Below are positions 9,313 through 19,300 of a stretch of DNA of 64,000 nucleotides, in pieces (positions within the stretch are counted from its first letter, which is position 1; every line of letters starts with the position of its first letter). The position numbers were made by a program, and so were the translations under genes. Source of the DNA: Candidatus Tayloriibacteriota bacterium (lineage in GTDB: Bacteria > Patescibacteriota > Minisyncoccia > Phycocordibacterales > HO2-43-120); contig JBDTMN010000003.1 in the NCBI GenBank assembly GCA_039934295.1, forward strand, positions 10,625 through 74,624, in the 5' to 3' direction. The notes under the pieces are model-generated. The model was not told where the DNA came from. It saw only the letters and a list, made by a program, of their open reading frames with translations, and ran no database searches.

Positions 9313-9860
9313 AGCTTCTCATACTATTCGGCCCTCCCGCAGTCGGTAAAACCACTGTTGGAAAAATTATCGAGGAAAAGTCTGATTTCAAACTGTTCCA
9401 CAACCACATGATTATGGACGGTGTCATGCAACTGTTCGGTGTTGGAACTCCTATCGAAGACAAGCTAAGCCGTGAATTTCGCACGAGAATTATTGAAGAA
9501 GCAGCAGAAAATGGATTCAATCTCATTTTTACCTATGTTTGGAATTTTGATAAGGAAAAAGGTAAAATCAATATTGACCGATATAAAAGCATCTACGAAT
9601 CGCGAGGAGGGTCAGTTATCTTTGCCGAATTGTCTGCTCCACTCATCACTCGAATTGAGAGAGCAAAGAGTCTTCAAAGAAAAGAAATTAAAGCTCACGC
9701 ACCCGACTCCGAGCGCGTAGGAAGACTCGAAAAGACTCACAATTTCACTCCTCCATCAGCTTTTTACTATCCCAATTTGCATAAAAAATTCGAGACAGAC
9801 AACAAGACTCCGGAGCAAATCGCTACGGAAGTTATAACATTCATCGGAACGTTTTCCTAG
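9309..9860 (+). CDS. Small P-loop kinase (shikimate/nucleotide-kinase-like)
   Basis: GPPAVGKTT, LFHNH; ATGA overlap with recR. Confidence 0.75.
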   Translation: MKLLILFGPPAVGKTTVGKIIEEKSDFKLFHNHMIMDGVMQLFGVGTPIEDKLSREFRTRIIEEAAENGFNLIFTYVWNFDKEKGKINIDRYKSIYESRGGSVIFAELSAPLITRIERAKSLQRKEIKAHAPDSERVGRLEKTHNFTPPSAFYYPNLHKKFETDNKTPEQIATEVITFIGTFS

Positions 9861-9908
9861 GTCATTTCTTGATATACTAAAATCACTAATAACTAATTAC
9901 TAGCAACT

Positions 9909-10301
9909 ATGAGCATCTTATTTCTCATCGGGCGGATACTTTTCGGAGGTTTTTTCTTGAAAATGGGCATTAGTCACTTTAAAAATCGGACTGCGATGGC
10001 GGGATATTCAGCTTCAAAAGGAGTGCCCTCGCCTATGTTGGCTGTTGTCGGCTCGGGCGCGCTTATTTTCCTCGGGGGCTTGGGAGTCATTTTGGGAGTG
10101 TATGTCAGACTCTCACTCATTTTCATTATCCTCTTTCTCATTCCGGTCACATTCACCATGCACCGCTACTGGAGCGTCGCCGACCCTGACAGAAAAATGA
10201 TTGAGGCAATCAATTTCAACAAAAACATTGCTCTTTTGGGAGCCACTTGTATGCTTCTCATGCTTCCACTTACTCTTTGGACTTTTAGTCTCTGGCCATA
10301 G
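9909..10301 (+). CDS. DoxX family membrane protein
   Basis: LIGRILFGGFF...TFTMHRYW...NFNKNIALLG. Confidence 0.85.
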   Translation: MSILFLIGRILFGGFFLKMGISHFKNRTAMAGYSASKGVPSPMLAVVGSGALIFLGGLGVILGVYVRLSLIFIILFLIPVTFTMHRYWSVADPDRKMIEAINFNKNIALLGATCMLLMLPLTLWTFSLWP

Positions 10302-10340
10302 GGCATAGGACATAATCTGCCAAAATTTTTTCTTTCGTCT

Positions 10341-10380
10341 CACTTAGCAAAATGACGCGATAGCGTCATTTTGCTAAGTG
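10341..10380. terminator. Near-perfect 40-bp palindrome between convergent genes
   Basis: CACTTAGCAAAATGACGC-GATA-GCGTCATTTTGCTAAGTG, followed by TAAGCGA-type heptamers. Confidence 0.55.
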
Positions 10381-10441
10381 GTAGTAGATAAGCGATAAGC
10401 GAAAAGTAATAAGCGATAAGTAATAAGTGATACGGAAATTA

Positions 10442-10996
10442 TTATCTATTGAGAAGAGATTCGGCAAATTCAAAAAGATGCGTGCCAACAAGAACCGCTT
10501 GGGCGCCCTTCTTCACGTCTCGTATTGTTTTTATGTTGCTTGCCTGACAGAGCCAGCCGGGGAAAACGGCCCGCGCTTCTTCAAATGTTTCCTTTTTTAA
10601 ACCCCCAGTTTTGAGATCCCTGCTGTTCCACACGGCGCGGAGAGTATCGGGCAGTCGCTCGAGCTCCGACAAAGTGTCGGGCTCGATTAGACACTTGTTC
10701 AAATGAATTTTTGGAATTCTTCCCACGACCAACACGAAATCTGCGCCTGCGGAAATCGCTTCCTGAATTTCCCTATCCGTCGCATGAATTCCCTTCGCCA
10801 AGATGGGCTTCAGGGTCATGGACTTCGCTTTCTTCACAAGCTCGAATGACCCATGCCACCTCGGGTCGGTATGAACTGAAATAATATCCCCTATCTCATT
10901 TGCAACCTGAAACAATTCATCCCAGCTACTCTCTGACACAAACCCAAACGGCGAGTGCGTTTTCACCTCTGCAATAATTTGAATTTTGTTTTTCAT
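10442..10996 (-). CDS. Short indole-3-glycerol-phosphate synthase-like TIM barrel protein
   Basis: IIAEVKTHSP, ISVHTD, PILAK, NSRDLKT, AVLVGT resemble TrpC motifs; the usual N-terminal extension is absent. Confidence 0.7.
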   Translation of the reverse strand: MKNKIQIIAEVKTHSPFGFVSESSWDELFQVANEIGDIISVHTDPRWHGSFELVKKAKSMTLKPILAKGIHATDREIQEAISAGADFVLVVGRIPKIHLNKCLIEPDTLSELERLPDTLRAVWNSRDLKTGGLKKETFEEARAVFPGWLCQASNIKTIRDVKKGAQAVLVGTHLFEFAESLLNR

Positions 10997-11186
10997 TCGA
11001 AAGTGCGTTTTATTTTGGGGAAAAAACGAGGTTAGTCACAATTTTTTTAAATAATGTTTCAATAAATGGTGGCGGACCCAGGTATCCAGACTCGTCCGCA
11101 GACTGCATAGTTTACTAGGGTTTAAAAAATCCCCTCAAGATTTTATTTGGGGATTTTTCATTTACAAAAATAGAAAAGCGTAATGA

Positions 11187-11798
11187 TTATTTTGCTTTTT
11201 CAAGTCGGAGAGCTTTTCTTGTCTCATCAGTTTCAGCACCGCTACCACAACACAAATTCACCAGCCCCTCTACTCCACGCAAAGTCGCTTGTGCTTGTGT
11301 GGCTGAATGGCCATATGATTCCCAATCATCTTGCGTCAATGATTCCTTGCATGCTTCGAGCAAGTATTTTACATAGTTGAGGGTTTTTGATTGGTGAACA
11401 TTTTCGAATATGGTAATTGTCTCTAAATACTTATCCATAGTTTTTGTTGATTCGATTTTTATCTCCTTGAGCTTTTGCTGAAGTGCGGTATTCAATTCTT
11501 CAGGAAGAATTTCCTTCTGGGAAGAAGAATCAAAGCCTAAACTACTATATGCATACATTTTCGGATCCCTTATGAGATCAACTGGCCAGTCAGCAGTGTT
11601 CGATGTACGCAGTGGCCCATCTTCTGAGTGTAAATCGCGAATAATTATTTTTAATTTAAGCAATTCTTGAAACCCTTGCTCTGCACTAAACGCCCTCTCT
11701 CTTTTTTTTATTTCAATATTCACCGGCGTCTCGAGTTCATCTTCTGGTCGGTCAAATTGACCCATATCTTTAAAATGTGTATATCCTTCTAGTGGCAT
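11187..11798 (-). CDS. Hypothetical protein
   Basis: 203-aa ORF followed by a hairpin terminator at about 11124-11160. Confidence 0.6.
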   Translation of the reverse strand: MPLEGYTHFKDMGQFDRPEDELETPVNIEIKKRERAFSAEQGFQELLKLKIIIRDLHSEDGPLRTSNTADWPVDLIRDPKMYAYSSLGFDSSSQKEILPEELNTALQQKLKEIKIESTKTMDKYLETITIFENVHQSKTLNYVKYLLEACKESLTQDDWESYGHSATQAQATLRGVEGLVNLCCGSGAETDETRKALRLEKAK

Positions 11799-11987
11799 AA
11801 TAGAATGACTAATTGGTAATTGTTACAGTATATCTCTTATACACTGACTTGCAACATGTCCCGCCAAAGTGAAATTCCAAAGTTTTTTTGCCAGTCAGTA
11901 AATGGAACCAGTCACCATTCTCCTTTTTAATATTTGAGATAAATGTTTGATTATCGCAAATTCTGGCGGACCACGCTATTTCGACGT

Positions 11988-12311
11988 TCAGTCCGCCATA
12001 CAATTTTTTTTGACCAAAGCATTATCTATGAGTTCGAAACTTATTCCTAATTCAGTTTTGATACCTCCAGTAAAATAAAGTAACTTAGTTTCGCCATTCT
12101 CAGTAAAGTTGCGGTCAGGTTTTCCCATAATATTTGCTATTTCATCAAAAGATGCCCCAATTTTAACGTCATTGCAATTCGCAATATATTCTTTAGATTG
12201 ATCAGCAAACCAATCCCTCCCATTGTGAATAAAAGATAAACGAAATAAAATAATTATCACCAAGGAAATTGTGAGCAAAATTGCGAGAAAAATAATTATT
12301 CGTTTTCTCAT
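11988..12311 (-). CDS. Small membrane-anchored protein, SmpA/BamE-like fold; candidate immunity protein
   Basis: N-terminal TM and VKIGASFDEIANIMGKPD. Confidence 0.55.
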   Translation of the reverse strand: MRKRIIIFLAILLTISLVIIILFRLSFIHNGRDWFADQSKEYIANCNDVKIGASFDEIANIMGKPDRNFTENGETKLLYFTGGIKTELGISFELIDNALVKKNCMAD

Positions 12312-12350
12312 ACATTTATAGTTATGAATTTCTCAAAAAAAGCAATTTTG

Positions 12351-12998
12351 TTATTTATGATACTCAGAAATGGTTTTACCTGGTGCAATGGACATTATAT
12401 ATATTTTTGAGTCTTTTTCAGTCAAAACCATAAGGAAAGTTTTTTTATTGCCGTTTTGTGTCTCAAAAGTTTCTTGAAAGAACACCCCTTCATCAGCGTA
12501 TTTATCCGGAAAATATAAAGAAACGCCTCCGTCGTCCTCATTCATAGATTTGAAATCTGTGAAAAATGGAATGTAGCGATCCTGATAGGCTTTTCGAATG
12601 ACGCTATCGCCATTCTCTTGAATTGCAAGCGGATTAGTCATAGCTATTAACGCATCAATATTTGCACTGCGTAGCAAACCAATCGCGATGCGCATGCTTG
12701 GTCCATATTTGTTTGCTAGATTTTTTGTTTTTTCCACTAATACTTGTTGCTCATCAGTCAATTTCTCCGGATTGACTGAGCTATTTCCGCTTCTATAATC
12801 TATTGTGGAATCATCATTGTTCGTGTCGGGTGCAGTATAATCAAAAGGAAGAATGGGCTCTGATTTTTCCATTTTAGAATTGTTAGCTAATTTTCCTCCT
12901 AGCCAGACAACAACAATACCTATTACTAGTACGGCAATTATACCTAATAAGATTTTTCCGTATCGCCTAGACAGTTGATTAAAATAAAATATCTTCAA
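12351..12998 (-). CDS. Membrane-anchored hypothetical protein
   Basis: One N-terminal TM; downstream of the RHS gene; start codon uncertain. Confidence 0.6.
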   Translation of the reverse strand: MKIFYFNQLSRRYGKILLGIIAVLVIGIVVVWLGGKLANNSKMEKSEPILPFDYTAPDTNNDDSTIDYRSGNSSVNPEKLTDEQQVLVEKTKNLANKYGPSMRIAIGLLRSANIDALIAMTNPLAIQENGDSVIRKAYQDRYIPFFTDFKSMNEDDGGVSLYFPDKYADEGVFFQETFETQNGNKKTFLMVLTEKDSKIYIMSIAPGKTISEYHK

Positions 12999-13010
12999 AG
13001 ATTTAAAAGA

Positions 13011-13289
13011 TTATCGTATAATATCCCTGGCAAAAATTAAAACATTCACTATAAGAATAATCGCGCTCATGTATATTCCAATTGTACCAAATATTTTTTG
13101 CCAACCAATACTATTCATCATAAATGATAAAGAAAAATAAAATAGGAGCAGGAGAAAGGGTAAAAGTAGAAAAATAAACGGAATCAGAAATTCATATGAA
13201 TTTCTTACCGTTAAAAGACTGACTGTCCCAAATAAACACCAAATAATAAGAATTAAACTCGCGCAAGTTTTGAATATAACCCTGTTCAT
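13011..13289 (-). CDS. Small 3-TM protein; candidate cognate immunity protein
   Basis: Starts 13 nt after the RHS stop; hydrophobic, AT-rich. Confidence 0.55.
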   Translation of the reverse strand: MNRVIFKTCASLILIIWCLFGTVSLLTVRNSYEFLIPFIFLLLPFLLLLFYFSLSFMMNSIGWQKIFGTIGIYMSAIILIVNVLIFARDIIR

Positions 13290-13302
13290 GTCAATTGAAT
13301 AA

Positions 13303-16300
13303 TTATTTATTTATTTTTTTATCAACTTTCGACCACACTGATTTTGTCATATATTTGCCGTGAGCATTAAAAGGATTAAGCGCTTGAAAAGTTACATTGA
13401 TATTAGTCGCGCCATTTACTTTTCTTCCTCCATAACCAAACTGACCCCAACCTAAAAGACTTCCTGCTACTCCTCCAATACCTGCACCGATTGGTCCTCC
13501 TATTGCTCCTCCTCCAGCAAAACCGGCAACACCAGTCGCTGATAGTTGATTTCCGCCCAGTTTTTGTATTGGATCGAGCACTGAATACGCATTCACTTGA
13601 TTCTTCACATTATCTCTGTCCGCACTATAGCCATTAATTACAGGAGTACCGAGCGTCACTAAATTATCTACACTGTGATTAATTTCCCCAGTAATCAGAT
13701 TTGCTACATTACCACCATGACTATGACCTACGATATTTAATTTCTCGCCGTCGGCGAAATGGTACTCATTGATTTGTTTAGCGATGGCATCCGCAGCACT
13801 TTGTCTGGCTGCATCATTATCTCCACCAGACCAAACGCTTTTGTTATTTTCAACAATCATTGTATCATTGAACGTATTTTGCACTTCAGAAAGGAACCCA
13901 GCCAGACTGCCGTTAGTGCTCCACTCATTTGTATTATATCGAGTCCCGGGGATAACTATCGTGAGTAATCCAGATGGATCACTTCCAAGTATTGGATTGT
14001 TTCTTCCGTAAGAGTAACTATTCAGACTCTGCGGGTCATTCAGGATTTTTTCGAAACCTACCCAGAACACCGGGTCCTCGCTCAAGAACCTTCCAATCTT
14101 AGAATAGTAATATCTCGCGTTCAGATAATCAAGGTCTGTGTCTTTATCATACATCTGCCCTATGTATTGCCTTTGCTCGGTATGACTGCCGGAGGAAATT
14201 CTTTGCGCTCCGAATGGATAGTAGTCGAGGGTTTCGACTGGAGCGCCTAAGCTGTCGGAAACAACAGTAGTTGAATTCAAGTGGTCGGTGTGAACATAGA
14301 ACGGCGTTACCACGCTACCGACTGTTTCTACTGTCGCTACCAGTTGGTCTCCTGCATAGATTTGCTTGGTTTTTTTAGTGCCTTCAACATTGTAGAAATT
14401 GTTTGGATAGAACGTTGCCGTCGAGCCCTTGGCGTATTTTACTCGGTTGCCTTCGTGGTCATAGAGATAGTACAAATAGTTCGTCGCTGTGCCACCTTCC
14501 ACTGCTTTTAGCGACATTTTATTTGTATCAATGCCCGAGCTGGTTACAGTTCCTTTCGTTACCGCGTTGCCGTTCTTGTCATATGAATCGGACGGGTTTT
14601 TTACCGAATTAGCTCCGACTACAGTTTGCGTAATTTGATTTTTATAATTCCACGTGTTCGTCAATGTGCCATTCCCAATCAGGTTGCCGTTACTATCATA
14701 CGTGTAGATGACATTGTTTATTGAAGTTACAGCGTGCGGATTCGCCTTGAGCGCGCCGGAATTGCCCTGATAGAGATAGACGCCCCCCGGACCAGTCAAA
14801 ATATTGCCCAACGCGTCATAGGAGTAAGAATACGTGTATGAACTCTGGCCCGCCGGAGTTCCCGAAATAGTGGCTGAAGTTAAACGATAGAGGTCATCGT
14901 AGGTATAATTTGCCGTCTTCGCTCCTTGAGTATTCGACGCGTCTACAATTTTGGTAATGTTGCCGACGGGGTCGTAAGTGTAAGTAAAGTTCTGCAAGTC
15001 AATAATGCCGGGAGACCCATTCCCACCGCTTGACTTCCCGACATCGGGAGCACTGTCGGACTTGAGACCAGCTGTGGCGACTCCTGACAAAACCGTAAAC
15101 GTTTTGTCTTTCGTAAGCGAAGTAAATGTGTGAATCGTGTTTCCGCCCGAAGTTGTAATCATTCCCCCTATCGCGTCTACGGAGCCAGTTGGGTAACTTA
15201 TTATCACAATACCGGAGCCACCGGAGCCGCCATTGTCATTATTAAGATGCCAACCTCCGCCACCGCCTCCGCCACCTGTATTTGGAGCCCCATCACCTGC
15301 CCCAGAAAAATTTGAAGCATTTCCTCCTCCTCCATCGCCTCCCGCCCCTGGAGAGCTTGCCGCGCCTCCCCCTCCGCCTCCTCTCATGACAGGTGAACCA
15401 CTGATGCTCGATTCTCTGCCTACTCCTCCTACTCCCCCTTTTCTACTCGTTCCATTTCCCCCGCTAGCTCCCATACCTCCGCCTCCGCCACCTTGTCTAT
15501 TGTCATATGTGGAGTTTCCTTCTCCCGCTCCTCCACTATTTCCTTGTCCCACGACACCGGTTCCTCCTGCTCCACTAACTCCTGCTCTACCTGAAAAACC
15601 ACCTCCACCCGAACCTCCATTGTTCCCGATTCCACCGTCGTAAGAATTATTCCTCGCCCCTGCTCCTCCACCTCCGCCGATAGCTGTTATATCGAAAGCA
15701 GAGCTGTCGTTTCCATTTTCTCCTTTTGCTCCAACATTATAGCTTCCCACCGCCCCAACACCACCTGCTCCAACCATAATAGAATATGTTCCGAGCAAAA
15801 CTCCCACAGCATTATTTTCTATATACCCTCCCGCACCTCCTCCACCACCCTGAAGTTCTGGGCCTTTACCGCCTCCGCCTCCGCCACCTATAATCAAGAC
15901 CTTTACAAACTTAGGAGCGGGAGCGGTGCCCACCGTTACTGTTCTTATCTTTTCAGTTGCGGGCATTCCTCCCGAATCGGAAACATTGTAATTAAGTTTA
16001 TACGTTCCAGCCACTGAAGTTTTCACGCTTCCCGTCACTTTGACAGATGACGTAAGGTTTCCGTCTTCAACATCTGTTGCAGAATATCCCGGTTCGGTGA
16101 AGGTATCGCCAATAAGCAAATTAATTGCACTTGAGCCTGTAAGAGTAATGGAGGGAACATTGTTGGCAGTTGGAACATAGCCGACCGAAGTTTTCTTGTT
16201 GATTAAGCGATATAGATTTGCGACATCATAGGTGTTTTTCGTTGTCGCCCCATTTGCGTCTACTTGCGTCGCAATTTGCCCTAACGGATTGTAGTCAAAA

Positions 16301-19300
16301 TTATAAACTACATTTGTAAACCCCCCGCCGTTTTCTTTTCTCATAATTTTATCAAGTTGACCTGCGGAGTTATAGGTATATTTGGTCTGCGCGTTGTCGG
16401 GATAGGTAATGGTAAGAAGATTACCCAGTCGGTTATAGGTATACGAAGTGGTATACGTCGTGCCGGCAATGTTCTTTGCTTCACTTGCTATATTACCGTT
16501 TGAGTCGTAGGTATAGTCAGTATTTGCTCCTGCCGTCATAATTGCGGAACAGAGCCTTCCCTTGCCGTTTGCGCAACCGCCGAAGAAATATGTAATTTCA
16601 GTTCCTGGACCCCCCGTGTAATCTTCGGTCAAGGGATGACTCATGCTGTCGTAGGTATAATTTGTTGTCTGAGAATTTGGGCTCACTGATTGCAGGACAT
16701 TTCCAGCGTCGTCGTAGCTATTCGTCCATGTTCCGAACGTGCTGTCCCCAGATACGTGCAAGTCCTGCGCAGTTAAGAGCCGTCCGAGACCGTCGTAAGT
16801 GAAGTTGCGGATATTGCTTAATGCGTCGGTAATCTTCAATAGTTTGCCGGAAAGATTCCATTCGTAATACGTCGCGTATGTTGACCCGCCGTTTATTTCT
16901 TCAACTTTTATTAAGTTGCCGTACGCGTCTTTGTAATAATTCTTTACCTTGCCATTTTTGTCGGTAACTTTTGTTTTCCAATCGTCGTAGCTATATTTTG
17001 TCGCGCCTGTGGCGTCCACTATGGAGAGTGGCCGACCGAGAGCATCGTAGGTATTTGTCGAGTAGAGGGAAGCAATTCCTGTTGGAGAGGATTTAGAACC
17101 ACCGCCTACATAAGGAAGCGACTGCTTCACTACTAACCCTACATTGTTATAGACAGTATCTTTTACATTGTAACTGCCAGAAGCTTCGGCTTCTTTACTC
17201 TCTTGAACCAGGCGTCCAAGACCGTCGAAGAATTGAAATGTTAAGACTTCAGTAATACTGTCGGGATAATCCTTTTGCACTATTCTTAACTCTCCCGGGA
17301 TATCGCTATATGCATAAGTTGTTTTTGTGACCGGGAAATATGGAATTGAGAAATTTGGAATTTTTTGTTCAATGACGCGATCTAACCCGTCGTAGACGGT
17401 CTCGTAAGTATTACCGTTCTCGTCATTTATTTGCCGAGGTTTTCCAAGCGAGTAATCGTAATTGTATTGAACCGTCAGATTCAGTGGGGTGGTAACGGAT
17501 GCAGGATAAAGGCTATAGGTATCGTAAGTATACGAGGTTACCTTTCCGCGCGGGTCAATCGAGGTCGTGACTAAACCTAAATTGTTATAGGTTTTTTGGC
17601 TGTTCACGAAGCTGTCGCCCGATTTCCACTGTTCTACTTTGGTTTGATTGCCCTTATCTACTGAACCCAAGGGAAGAGTATCGTAATAATATTTTGATTC
17701 GCCTACTCTTGCCGAAGAGGCATCCGTAACCTTTTCGCTTGAAAGGACATTCACCTTGGTTGCGCCATTTATCGAATAGGTGTAGGTAGTAACGCGCTTA
17801 TCCGAACCAGTGTCAGTAAATGTTCCGTCCGCGCTTGCCGTCACCTGTCCCCATTCAGTTTTCGTAAGAAGGTTGCCGTTTGCATTGTCATACGTATATT
17901 CGACAGCAGTATCTTTGTGACTGCTGTTTCCGTCGTAGGTGAGTACCGTTTGACGGGAGAGTTTTACAAAATCATGATTTTCGCCGAAGTTATTTCTATC
18001 CCACTTGTTGACTGTTAATCGAAACAAATGTCTCGCATTGTCATATTCTTCAATCCTGTATATTTTTCCCGCCTTTGAAATATGGTCATCGTATTCTCCG
18101 AGCGAAGCATTGGTCGTATTGCCCTGATGATAGTACGTCTTTGTCACATTGCCCGCAGCGTCGGAGGATGTTACTAATTCGAAACCTGCAAATTTTCTGT
18201 CAAAAGCATTATTGTAGTAATAATATCCGTTCGCGTAGGTGTTCGTAAGCGATTGCTCATTGGATTGCCCGGGGTCGGTTTTGATAGACGAAACGGTGTA
18301 GACAATTTGAGAAAGTTTCGGGTTCAGCAAATTATCATAGTCGTCTCGATAACCGGTTGATGGTTTGTAAGTGATGTTCGATTGAGAACCGGTGGAAGCA
18401 ATAATTGTTTTAAGAAGTTGTGATTTGATTCCTTGGTTTATGGAAACTTCGCTACTTTCAGTACCGTCGTCCGCTCTAAATCCTAAAACTATATCGCTCA
18501 ATCCATCACCATTCATGTCCATGAGGTAAGCAATATTAATACGCGCACCTGATTTATTATCCCTAGTCACAAAAGATGGGAGACCCAAAGAAGAGGCATC
18601 TTTGGAAGTAAAGCCATAGCCATTATTAATATATAACAATTGATTCATCCTTAAGCTCTGCGTTTGACTTAAATTTTCGCACTCTTTGTCACTGCTATTA
18701 CCGCCAGTGTTACTACATACAATATCGGTAAGACCGTCTCCGTTCACATCTCCAAATTGAAATACGTTAGGATAAAAGGAAGCGAGAAGAGGAGCAGTAG
18801 AATAGGTAGGATCATTAATCCAGTCCTTACCGTTATTCATATAAAACAGATTTGAGTTTGTCTGTGTTGAAGGACCACTAATTACATCAGCAAGTTGATC
18901 GCCATTTAAATCTGCCAATCTCACTCCAGTTTCATGCTGTTCTCCGCTAGATGTCTTATAGTCAAAACTAAAAGGAAAATTATTAGTAATTGTCCACCCC
19001 GAGCCATTATTTCGATATTGCGTGCCCGAGCAGGTTCCCACAGATGTTGCGCAAACTACATCCAATAATCCATCACCATTTATATCGTCAAACTGGTGGT
19101 TGCCAAAATCATATCTGCTACCGCCATTAAACATAGGCGTATTGCCGTCATAAGAAGTATTCTGCGTCCAAGCAGTGCCATCAACGTTAAGGAACGTCTG
19201 TGAATAAGTTGTTTTAGGAGCGGCACCTCTGTAATGACCAAAAAGAATATCCGCAAGCCCGTCTCCGTTCACGTCCTGCAAGCGAACACCATAATCTTTT

